Positions 52,854 through 62,062 of a stretch of DNA of 64,000 nucleotides are shown here, one piece after another. Every line of letters begins with the position of its first letter. Positions within the stretch are counted from its first letter, which is position 1. The DNA is taken from contig JAAFKI010000182.1 of the NCBI GenBank assembly GCA_021399345.1, positions 1 through 64,000 on the forward strand, read 5' to 3'. The notes beneath the pieces are model-generated. The model ran no database searches. It was not told the DNA's origin and worked only from the letters and a program-made list of their open reading frames with translations. The translations under genes were made by a program, and so were the position numbers. The DNA comes from Candidatus Heimdallarchaeota archaeon. GTDB lineage: Archaea; Asgardarchaeota; Heimdallarchaeia; Heimdallarchaeales; Heimdallarchaeaceae.

Positions 52854-53069
52854 TTTTACTTGTTTTTATTGAATCCAAATTTCGTCTTGGTCTTATGGAT
52901 TCATAACCTTGAAGTATATATTAAATGTTTTGATAGTATTAGCCTAAATGACATGAACACTATAGTAGCTTTTATATACAAAATTCAAAGTTCCACGTCG
53001 TTACAACTGCTAACTACATCTAGAAAAATTACTGTTCTTCTGAAAACCTTTATAATATCTGTTTTTGGA

Positions 53070-54062
53070 TTACAAACTACCATAGTAAAGCAGATTTTCC
53101 CTAATCTCTTTTTCGCTAAAACCTGCACTAATTCCGACAATAATTCTGATTATATCCATTGTCTCTGCGAGCTTCAGTTCAAAGAAACCAATTAATGCAT
53201 CCAGTTGCAGAACTGTTCCAAAACGAAATGTCCTTTTCCAGTAATCTAATAAGTATCTCTCAACTGCAAATTCCAAATCATGTAATGGCACTTCTTTAAC
53301 CCCAATATATTTAGAAAAGACTGTTCGATAAGGAGCATAGTTGTATATTTCCAGAACTTCTTGAATACTTGTTGCCTTCAATCCCTTTACAGTGAATTTA
53401 TTGGGTTGGATGAATCTATATGCAGGTATATTTAGAGCTATACAGCGACATAAAGCTAAGATATTTTTCATATTAACATATGTTTCATAATGTTTTGATA
53501 CTTTAGGCAGCATACTATAGATATGTTGATCTATTGCAGATTCTAGGGGTGTAAAACTTCCAGTTGTTTTAAATTCTTCATTTGCCAATTTAAGGTCTTC
53601 TCGCAAAGTCTGATTATTTTGATTAACAATTATCTCTTCAATTGACCTATTAAGTAATTTCGAATAATAATCGACTGAATAATCAGTAACTGGAACCAGA
53701 CGGGATAAAATCTCTTCATGCTTCATTTCTCTATTTATGCCTTGAAATATTATACGAAGATTTTCAGCGTGATATCGCTCACTATAATTTCTGATCTTCT
53801 TCTTAACTGTGGATCCTGATTGTTTGTAGAATTTAGTCAGTAATTCAGAATAAGAATTTTTAAGATTTCTAGCTACATCAGAAATTTGTGTTTCAAAATT
53901 AAGGTCTCCAATAATGCTGTCATAAGATGTTTGAGTAAAGGCCGCCCTCAATTCTTTAAGATTCTTTGAAGATAAGAGCAAACTTATTTGTGATTTTGTT
54001 AAGAAGTTACTAACAGCTCCATGGGCTCTACCTAGTAAATAACTTATATTTCCAAGTGACAT
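53070..54062 (-). CDS. atpC: A/V-type ATPase subunit C (V0 d-like)
   Basis: 330-aa helical protein, YL.GR.H....FL, NLRIIFQG, E..DIIRIIVG; starts immediately after the subunit I stop. Confidence 0.8.
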   Translation of the reverse strand: MSLGNISYLLGRAHGAVSNFLTKSQISLLLSSKNLKELRAAFTQTSYDSIIGDLNFETQISDVARNLKNSYSELLTKFYKQSGSTVKKKIRNYSERYHAENLRIIFQGINREMKHEEILSRLVPVTDYSVDYYSKLLNRSIEEIIVNQNNQTLREDLKLANEEFKTTGSFTPLESAIDQHIYSMLPKVSKHYETYVNMKNILALCRCIALNIPAYRFIQPNKFTVKGLKATSIQEVLEIYNYAPYRTVFSKYIGVKEVPLHDLEFAVERYLLDYWKRTFRFGTVLQLDALIGFFELKLAETMDIIRIIVGISAGFSEKEIRENLLYYGSL

Positions 54063-57000
54063 TTAACCACCCTTTTGCTTGATAAAATTGATTGAAACAA
54101 GTTTCTCTTTTAGGGGAAGGAACTCTTTACCGTCTCCTGTATAGAATTTAGAGAACCATTCAACCCAGTGAAGCCTCAAAGTATTAAGGAATGATAATAG
54201 TCCTTCTAATGGTAATATTATGAATACTGCCAATAGAATTCCCACTACCCACCACACCCAAGAGATGCTAAGAGCTGAAGCATAATGACCATGTATCAAT
54301 CCTCCTGCAAAGTGTGACAAATCAATATGTGCTACGTCTAGGAATGCTCCTGAAAATGTTGATACTCTTGCAACTAAATCCACTCCAGTTAAAGTGAATG
54401 GCAATCCACTTAAGATTGCATGAACAAGTAAGAGTGCCATAATTCGGCTGAATGAAAGTGTGTTTGATATGAGTGCGATAATGTGATCAATTGCATCCAT
54501 AATTCCATCAGATTTGGCATGAATATACTCTAATACAAACAATACAGGGACTAGCCCTATCAGATATACAAATGCAGATGGTAACTGTTTAAGCGTAAAA
54601 TGAAATGCATGCCAATATATTCCATTCACTCCTACAATTATATTATAAAGTATAGCAAAGACCCCTACATAAACTACAGATAATGAAAGAGGAGCGCCCC
54701 AAGATGCGAATCCGTGACCATATCTCATGTTTTGATATACTTTCAATAATATTCCTAACTGAATCATTAGAAATCCTATTATTAGAGCAACAATTAGGAA
54801 TAGTTTTGTCTCATGTAATGGATTGATTATTGGTATCCAATTAATTCCTATCTTGCGCATCAATTCTGGTATGAGATGTTCGTCTCCTAGTAATGATCCA
54901 AAGAAGAACCCAAATATCGTTGAAGAAAAACCGCAGAAAAGAAGTAGTTCCGCACCAGAATAAAGATATCCTGTCATTGATTCATCTGGTTCAATTTTAT
55001 TCTTCTTTTTCCTATATAACAAGAATCCAGCTATCAGTGACAATAAAATTCCGTGTCCAATATCTGCAAACATGATGCCGAATAAAAATGGAAATGTAAA
55101 CCTAACGATTGAATAAGGATCAACTTGGTTAGTGTTTGGATGTCCAATACCACCTACAATCCCTCTTACTGCCCCAAATACTTTTCCTCTTTTTGTTATG
55201 GCAGGGTTAACTAATGGAACATCAGGATTTTCAGTAATTTCCATCTTGAAAGATAAATTTTTCTTGCTTTCATTCAGTTGCTTTAAAACTGTTTTAGATA
55301 TCCACCCCCATAGAACTATTCTTCCTTCAGATATTTGACATAGTTCAATGGTGTTTAAGCGGTTGCTTTCAACATTAATTAGCTCTTCACAAGCAGTTAA
55401 TCTATTTATAGCCTGATTCTTAATTTCTAGAAGTTTTTCTTCGCTTTCCTTCAATTCTATTTCAATTTCTTTTAAAGTGTCTTTCAATGAAACCTTTCTT
55501 TCAACCAGAGATAAATCATAGTCTATTGCTTGGAAAGAATATTCATTTAAAACACGCAAGATTGAGTTTTCATACTCCTTTAAAGATAGAATTAAGATGT
55601 TCCTTTCATTAGAACCTGAATCTGTAGGCTCGGAATCCCAGAATACAAGATTATTATCGGTGACTTCATTCAAAAAGAATCTCACAGATTTAAGGTTGGA
55701 TTTAGGAACAACTCCCAAGTAAGTTACAGTTTGGAAACCACTTTGAAGTAAAACTGCATCAATACCTCTTTCTTTGAGACCTTCTTCAAAAGGTAGAGAT
55801 AATTTTACTTGGCTCTGTTTCTTCTGAATTTCTTTATAAGACTCAAAAGCTTTTGTGATTTTCTCCTCATTTTCGCGCAAGAAATTTTCTATGAATGCTT
55901 TTGAGTGATCATAATCATCAATAATTTCATATTTCTCAGTATTTTGTTCTTCTGTATCTTTTAATTTGAGCATATTTGACAATCGCTTAACTCTTGACAG
56001 ATACTGACTCAGTTCTTGTCTCAAACTATTAACTTTCTCTAGAGTACTTGCATCTAATGATCCAATTTTCACTGGATGAACTGAGTTAAGAGAGTACAAA
56101 TGAGAAATGAATTGACGAGATGATTCCTCTGGACTCTCTAATCTCACAAATAGTGCTTTTTTTGCAAAAAGAAATCCTTCTCCACCTTCTCCAGTTTGTG
56201 GGAGGTGAGGTATATAGCTGTCTATTTTGCTTTCTTCCTTATCAAATTGCTCTTTAACTAGTAATTCTTGCTCAACATCTCTTTCTTTTTTACGAGATAA
56301 CGGAACATCTTCCAATATCACTATGTTACTATCTAATTGTAAAGAATTAATATTTTCAAAAAAAATGCTGTAGTTTTTTGATGTAACCCAACCCCATAAA
56401 GTAAAGTTTTTTGATGTAGTACGACCTCTTTCTTCCAGTGTTAGAGTTTTGTGAGTTGCTTTTATGAGCGTTAGATGGTACCTAATTTTTTCTGATAGTT
56501 CAGTAGAGAATTGTCTAATATCATCTTCAATTTTTTCTATATCTTGATTTACTTCAGAATAAAGTTCTTCTATTCTTGTTGTTTCTCTTATCTTTTCTAT
56601 GGATTTTAGAAGTTCAAGTTCAAATTCTGTTTCATCGAAATAATTATTACTGAGAATCTCTCCTATACGTTCTTTATAGTCATCTAAAGAAATACACAGC
56701 ATTACATTTTTTTCACTATTGTCTGTAGAAGAACTCCAGAAAAACATTTGACCAGCTGTAACTTCATTTAAGTAAAAGCGTATGATTTCTTCATATCCAC
56801 TAGGAATTTCTCCTAAAACAGTGAAAGTTCTTGAGCTTGAAGATAATAGGTCGATTGAAAATTCGTCATCCATATTGTTTTGGAATTGTTTCAAAGATGA
56901 AAGAATTCTGTTCTCTTTTTTCAACTTTTGTAATTCACTGGATTTTTTTATTATCTGATTTTCGTATTTTTCAAGAAAAACGTCTAAACTCTTCACTACT

Positions 57001-57266
57001 TCATTATGATTATTAATAGCAACTAAATCCTCTTCTTTTAATGATGAAAGGTCTTCCAATTGAATATTTAGAGCTTTGCTCAATCCCACTATTCTTTCCC
57101 ATCTGTCCTCCAAAATGTCTTTAGTTGCTTGTATTCTTGCTTGCTCTTTAGGACTTTGAGGGTCAACGATTATTTGTTCAAAGATATTTAGAGAAGATAT
57201 CTTTGTCAATAGTGTATTTGTATTTTTGACAGGTATCTGAACTTTTACTAGTTTAAACTTTGCCAT
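54063..57266 (-). CDS. atpI: A/V-type ATPase subunit I (V0 a) with tandemly duplicated N-terminal soluble domain
   Basis: Membrane domain DP...TFPFLFGIMFADIGHG, SNTLSFSRIMAL (essential Arg), LRLHWVEWFSKFY; two N-domain copies each ending in LWGW. Confidence 0.93.
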   Translation of the reverse strand: MAKFKLVKVQIPVKNTNTLLTKISSLNIFEQIIVDPQSPKEQARIQATKDILEDRWERIVGLSKALNIQLEDLSSLKEEDLVAINNHNEVVKSLDVFLEKYENQIIKKSSELQKLKKENRILSSLKQFQNNMDDEFSIDLLSSSSRTFTVLGEIPSGYEEIIRFYLNEVTAGQMFFWSSSTDNSEKNVMLCISLDDYKERIGEILSNNYFDETEFELELLKSIEKIRETTRIEELYSEVNQDIEKIEDDIRQFSTELSEKIRYHLTLIKATHKTLTLEERGRTTSKNFTLWGWVTSKNYSIFFENINSLQLDSNIVILEDVPLSRKKERDVEQELLVKEQFDKEESKIDSYIPHLPQTGEGGEGFLFAKKALFVRLESPEESSRQFISHLYSLNSVHPVKIGSLDASTLEKVNSLRQELSQYLSRVKRLSNMLKLKDTEEQNTEKYEIIDDYDHSKAFIENFLRENEEKITKAFESYKEIQKKQSQVKLSLPFEEGLKERGIDAVLLQSGFQTVTYLGVVPKSNLKSVRFFLNEVTDNNLVFWDSEPTDSGSNERNILILSLKEYENSILRVLNEYSFQAIDYDLSLVERKVSLKDTLKEIEIELKESEEKLLEIKNQAINRLTACEELINVESNRLNTIELCQISEGRIVLWGWISKTVLKQLNESKKNLSFKMEITENPDVPLVNPAITKRGKVFGAVRGIVGGIGHPNTNQVDPYSIVRFTFPFLFGIMFADIGHGILLSLIAGFLLYRKKKNKIEPDESMTGYLYSGAELLLFCGFSSTIFGFFFGSLLGDEHLIPELMRKIGINWIPIINPLHETKLFLIVALIIGFLMIQLGILLKVYQNMRYGHGFASWGAPLSLSVVYVGVFAILYNIIVGVNGIYWHAFHFTLKQLPSAFVYLIGLVPVLFVLEYIHAKSDGIMDAIDHIIALISNTLSFSRIMALLLVHAILSGLPFTLTGVDLVARVSTFSGAFLDVAHIDLSHFAGGLIHGHYASALSISWVWWVVGILLAVFIILPLEGLLSFLNTLRLHWVEWFSKFYTGDGKEFLPLKEKLVSINFIKQKGG

Positions 57267-57310
57267 TCATAAGCCACCGATACTCTAACTAATCACGATA
57301 GGGGATTTTG

Positions 57311-57330
57311 GGAAGATTTTAAAATCTTCC
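57311..57330. promoter_or_regulatory. perfect 20-bp palindrome containing the probable atpI TATA box
   Basis: GGAAGATTTTAAAATCTTCC, 45-64 nt upstream of the atpI ATG. Confidence 0.55.
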
Positions 57331-57483
57331 TCTCTGGCAGAATGGCCTATTAAAAAAATAGAATCAAACTTATTATCTAACAAGAGAACAAATAAACCAA
57401 GTTACCTTTCCTTGCCTGAAATGGCAAAAACTTCTTTCATTTATTAAAGCCTAGTAAAATAAAAAAAAGGAAAAAGAAATGGT

Positions 57484-57828
57484 TTATTTCTTTCTAAATC
57501 TTCGCAATGCTTCCAATGCTGCCAACCCTAGGGAGGATAGAAACACTAATGCTGTAATGCCTGTTTCGGTTGGGAAATGAGTCACTAATACTGTATACCC
57601 TGCATCCTCGACATAACTAATAGCTAAATCTAAATCGTAGTAGTATAGTTCAAGTGAATCATCGTAACCAACTACAGAATCAGGAATTGCTGTTGTAGCT
57701 GGAGCACCGAGTCCATCTAGAATTTGATCAACAATGACTTCACGTGGGCACGCATGACTTATAGCTTTGCGTAGATATTTGGCTGCTAAAGGAGTACCAA
57801 GCGGAGTCAAGGGAAAATTATTGATCAA
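57484..57828 (-). pseudogene. 5'-truncated remnant of an ABC peptide substrate-binding (family 5) protein with C-terminal anchor
   Basis: LRKAISHACPREVIVDQIL.GLG.PA...P....YD...YDLDLA...EDAGY followed by TM and KK; no ATG, no signal peptide, only 114 codons. Confidence 0.6.
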
Positions 57829-57936
57829 TTTCCAACTTCTGAAAAAGAAGAGAAAAAGCTGTTAAGATAAGATTTTCTGAAGAAATTTGATAAGTAGTAG
57901 ATTGAAATTTCGGATATTTCCTCCCTAAATGAAAAG

Positions 57937-58323
57937 TTAAGATCCTGCTAACACTTCTATTGCTTCTGAAACATATCTTTTGATTACTTGCATAGCTAAA
58001 CCAACATTATGCAAATCTCTACTAGCACCAATCAAAATATATTCATCAGCACTTGCTAGTATTGTAAATCCTTCTTCACCACGAATTAAAACTTGCTCTA
58101 AATCTCCGTGTGCCAGATTTCCACTTACCATTTTTCCAGTTGATAATATTGCAGATGAGACCGCACTCAAGAGATCTGGATCTGTCCCCTTTTCAGAGAA
58201 GAAAGCAACTTTTATTCCTTCTGCATTAACAACTGCTAATGCTTCCAAATCACACCCTAACGAGATTTGTTTTAATATTCTTACTAATTGTTTTTTTTGT
58301 GATGCTGATAAATCAATAGACAT
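57937..58323 (-). CDS. roadblock/LC7 domain protein
   Basis: LEALAVVNAEGIKVA, LSAVSSAILSTG, GDLEQVLIRGEEGFTIL, NVGLA. Confidence 0.92.
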   Translation of the reverse strand: MSIDLSASQKKQLVRILKQISLGCDLEALAVVNAEGIKVAFFSEKGTDPDLLSAVSSAILSTGKMVSGNLAHGDLEQVLIRGEEGFTILASADEYILIGASRDLHNVGLAMQVIKRYVSEAIEVLAGS

Positions 58324-58510
58324 TTTTTGACACCAATTTCCTCTATTTACTCTGTACTCTACTATTGCTATTAAAGTTATCCAAAGTGCGCAGAGAGAAG
58401 ATTTCGAATAACAATATAATACTTACATTATGATTTATTTAAAAGAATCACCTATGGGAAAAGTTGGTTTGGGATAAACATTTTTATTATGGAAGAAAAT
58501 CAACTTTAAC

Positions 58511-59740
58511 ATGAAGTTATTGTTTGTTGTAATGGATGGTCTGGGTGATCGTCCTATTTCAGAGTTTGGAGGACAAACTCCTCTTGAATATGCGAAAACT
58601 CCAAATATGGATAAACTGGCATCACTTGGGATGAATGGACTATTACATGTTATAGCCCCAGGAGTTACTCCAGGAAGTGATACGGCCCATCTGGCATTGT
58701 TTGGTGTAGATCCTTATGAATACTATACAGGGCGAGGGCCGTTTGAGGCTTCTGGAATTGGATTAGTTGTAAAGGAGGGCGATATAGCTTTCAGAACAAA
58801 CTTTGCAACGATAAACTCAGAAGGTATAATCACTGATAGACGAGCTGGAAGAATTAGAGAAGGGACTGATCAACTAGCTAAACTCTTTGAAGGTTTGGAA
58901 ATTGATGGCATCAAAATTCTATTGGAAGCAGGAACAGAACACAGGGCTGCTTTGATTTTAAGAGGTGATGGATTGTCCGACAAAGTCTCAGAAAATGATC
59001 CTCATGTTGAAAGAAAAGAACCTTTAGAATTCAAACCCCTAGATGAGTCACCCGAAGCAGAAAAAACTGCTAGGGTTCTAACTTCCTTAGTTATGAAGGC
59101 AAGAACAATTCTAAATGATGCAGAACTCAATAAAAAGAGGGTAGAAGAAAGTTTACTTCCTGCAAATTATTTACTAATTCGAGGAGCAGGTAAAGTACCA
59201 AAATTACCCAACTTTGAGGAGGAGTACTGCTTAGAAACCGCTTGCATAGCCGGTGGAGGGCTATACAAAGGCGTTTGTAGAATGTTAGGTATGCATATAA
59301 TTGAAGATTCTAGATTGTCTGGGGGAACAACTACTGATTTGTCAGCAAAGTTTGAGATTACTCAAAACGCTCTAAATGATTATGATTTTGTTTTTACTCA
59401 TGTTAAAGGAACTGATAATTATTCGCATGATGGGAAGTATAAAGAAAAATCTGAATTCATTGAAAGAGTTGATAAGGAGTTGTATAGGTTTTTACCAGAG
59501 AATTACGAAGGAGATCTTGTTGTAATGATTACTGGTGATCACAGTACTCCTTGTAGTTTTAAAGATCATTCTGCAGATCCAGTACCAATTTTAATCTATT
59601 CACCAGATTGCAGAAGAGATAAGGTAGAGAAGTTTGGCGAAAGCTATGCAGTAGATGGAAGCTTAGGTCATATATTAGGAAAGCACATTATGGGTATTGC
59701 ATTAAATGAGATGAGATTGGTGCGCAAATTTGGGGCTTGA
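58511..59740 (+). CDS. apgM: 2,3-bisphosphoglycerate-independent phosphoglycerate mutase, archaeal type
   Basis: MDGLGDRP, TPLEYA.TPNMD, PGSDTAHL, GRGPFEA, HVKGTD..SHDG, TGDHSTP, HSADPVP. Confidence 0.95.
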   Translation: MKLLFVVMDGLGDRPISEFGGQTPLEYAKTPNMDKLASLGMNGLLHVIAPGVTPGSDTAHLALFGVDPYEYYTGRGPFEASGIGLVVKEGDIAFRTNFATINSEGIITDRRAGRIREGTDQLAKLFEGLEIDGIKILLEAGTEHRAALILRGDGLSDKVSENDPHVERKEPLEFKPLDESPEAEKTARVLTSLVMKARTILNDAELNKKRVEESLLPANYLLIRGAGKVPKLPNFEEEYCLETACIAGGGLYKGVCRMLGMHIIEDSRLSGGTTTDLSAKFEITQNALNDYDFVFTHVKGTDNYSHDGKYKEKSEFIERVDKELYRFLPENYEGDLVVMITGDHSTPCSFKDHSADPVPILIYSPDCRRDKVEKFGESYAVDGSLGHILGKHIMGIALNEMRLVRKFGA

Positions 59741-60713
59741 AACAGAAACACAAACGACTTTTTATCAAAGGTCTTTACCGTATTTGCAGTTATTTATTGC
59801 TATTATCTCTGTTTCATTCTCTGCAATCATTGTCGTATACCTAATTAAACTAGGAGTTCCTCCTGCTGTTACAGCTATGTATAGAACATTCTTTGCAGGG
59901 ATTGGCGCCTTAATACTCTCTCTTTACAAGAAAAGAATAAAATGGATTGGTAAAAAAACTACCATTAAAAGATATCATTGGATTGTTCTTTCTGGATTAC
60001 TACTTGCAGTACACTTTGCTACTTGGTTTATTTCTTTAGAATACGTTAACGTTGCTATATCTACAACTTTAGTAGACGCAGTTCCGATTTTCCTTGCCAT
60101 TTTTGGTTTTATATTTTTCAAGGAAAAAATAAATGTGATAGGGATCGTAGGTATTGGTATTGCTTTTACAGGTGGTGCACTCCTTGCATTTTCTTCTCCA
60201 GTAGCTGAAAATAGAAATTTACTTTTAGGAATTATGTTCTCTCTTATTGGAGCTTTAACCGTAACATTTTATTTTCTAATAGGTAAGAAAATTCTCAAGG
60301 ATTCACCTTTGTGGCCATATTTTGCTTTAGTAAACCTTGCATCTGCAATCTTTCTCTTATTTTATAATTTACTTGTAGGATATGAATTATTTAGATATTC
60401 TGCGATTGTGTATATCCTCTTTATTGTGTCTGCACTGGGGCCCTCTTTAATTGGTCACGCTACTTACAATTATACTTTAAAAAGACTACCTGCTTTTGTT
60501 GTAGGCGTAGCAATTTTGGGAGAGCCAATTGGTGCCACTATACTTGGTGTTTTAATTTTCCCCCTAACTCAAACACCGGAATTAATAACTATACTATTTG
60601 CAATAATAATTCTTGCAGGAATCGTATTAACATCGGTTTCTCAATATATAAGGATTAAAAAATTCAGAAGAAAAGATAAAGAAGAAGATGAATCAGATTC
60701 TATTCTCTCTTAG
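59730..60713 (+). CDS. DMT/EamA family transporter
   Basis: 10 TM, LAVHFATWFISL, LGEPIGA. Confidence 0.9.
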   Translation: MGLETETQTTFYQRSLPYLQLFIAIISVSFSAIIVVYLIKLGVPPAVTAMYRTFFAGIGALILSLYKKRIKWIGKKTTIKRYHWIVLSGLLLAVHFATWFISLEYVNVAISTTLVDAVPIFLAIFGFIFFKEKINVIGIVGIGIAFTGGALLAFSSPVAENRNLLLGIMFSLIGALTVTFYFLIGKKILKDSPLWPYFALVNLASAIFLLFYNLLVGYELFRYSAIVYILFIVSALGPSLIGHATYNYTLKRLPAFVVGVAILGEPIGATILGVLIFPLTQTPELITILFAIIILAGIVLTSVSQYIRIKKFRRKDKEEDESDSILS

Positions 60714-61898
60714 TAACTCTTCTAATCTATTCATTGCAATGTCTATTTCTTCAAGAGTTGGTAAATAGACCATTCTGAAACCATCATTTCCAAAAGGACC
60801 AAATCCCGATCCAAATACTGTTAGAATGTGTTTCTTTCTAAGATAGTCAAAGACAAACTCTTTATCATTTTTCCATTTGAACTGGTCCATTGATAACATC
60901 GAAAAGATATAAAATGCTGCTTCTGGTTTGTTTACAACAATTCCATCCATTTCTGAAAGTCTATTGTAAATTAAATCTCTTCTTTCTTTTAGCATTTTAA
61001 TGGTTTCTGGAAGATAAGAGCTCTGATCTTGTCTTAGAGCTTCAGCTCCTGCTTTTTGTAAAGGTGTTGAAGCACATAATCTAAGTCTAGTTAATTTGTT
61101 TAACCCATCCCATGGTTCTTCTATTTTTCCCAAGGGATCATGAATATATGCATACGCTAAACGCCATCCTGGTGCAAGGAAAACTTTACTGAAACCATTA
61201 TATGCTATCACTGGAACGTCTTTTGCTACTTCAGCTGTTGCAGTATGTTTCAAACCTTCATCCAGAACAAGTAAGTCATATGTTTCATCTGAAACAATAC
61301 ATGCATCGTATTCTCCAACAATGTCTACTATCTCTTTCAGTACTTTTTCAGGATATACTGAACCTGTGGGATTATTTGGTGTATTAAGAAATACTAGTTT
61401 TGTTCTGTCGTTCATTAGAGATCGTATGTGATCGGGATCTGGATAATAATTATCTTCAACTGCTGTCTTGTAATATTGCATATCATTTCCAAATATAGTA
61501 CCGTTACCAGAGTAACTGGGATAGTGAATTCCGGGAATTAGTATTCTATCTCCAGGATTAGTGAATGACATAAGAGTCATTTGAATGCCTTCAGATACTC
61601 CAGCTGTTGCTATTACTTCATCAGCAGTCACACCAACGTCATATTTTCTGTTTTCATAGTCAGCAATCGCTTCTCTAAATTCTAGAATTCCCCTAGAATC
61701 TGCATAATAGTTATAATTTTCCTCTTCAACATAACGAAGTGGTTCTGTCAAAATTTTAGGAGTTTTAAAACCATATTTTATCGGATCCCCAATATTAAGC
61801 TTAATAATCTTATGCCCTTTAGCTTCAACTTCATTTGCTGCAGCAATTACATCTCTAATTGCATAACTAAAGCCTGCTGTGCGGTCTGATATTTTCAT
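60693..61898 (-). CDS. PLP aminotransferase class I (alanine aminotransferase-like)
   Basis: YAIRDV, LNIGDP, AGVSE, NTPNNPTG, DETY, GFSK..LAPGWRL. Confidence 0.92.
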   Translation of the reverse strand: MKISDRTAGFSYAIRDVIAAANEVEAKGHKIIKLNIGDPIKYGFKTPKILTEPLRYVEEENYNYYADSRGILEFREAIADYENRKYDVGVTADEVIATAGVSEGIQMTLMSFTNPGDRILIPGIHYPSYSGNGTIFGNDMQYYKTAVEDNYYPDPDHIRSLMNDRTKLVFLNTPNNPTGSVYPEKVLKEIVDIVGEYDACIVSDETYDLLVLDEGLKHTATAEVAKDVPVIAYNGFSKVFLAPGWRLAYAYIHDPLGKIEEPWDGLNKLTRLRLCASTPLQKAGAEALRQDQSSYLPETIKMLKERRDLIYNRLSEMDGIVVNKPEAAFYIFSMLSMDQFKWKNDKEFVFDYLRKKHILTVFGSGFGPFGNDGFRMVYLPTLEEIDIAMNRLEELLRENRI

Positions 61899-62062
61899 TT
61901 TTGATATCCTCTATGATTTTAAGAAATCTTTGAAAAAATAAGATTATTGGTTTGAACTTATCAAATAGACACATTCGAAATGATTCAATCTAGTTATGCA
62001 CTATTTCCCAGATATTACATCTATAAATAAAACAGAAGTATCAATTTCTACTAAATTACTGG

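Noticed and set aside
52572-53195. 207-aa plus-strand ORF
   Set aside because: Antisense to actin and atpC, no recognisable motif; shadow ORF
56191-56206. LPQTG sortase-like motif in the AtpI linker
   Set aside because: Internal cytoplasmic position, not followed by TM and basic tail; coincidental
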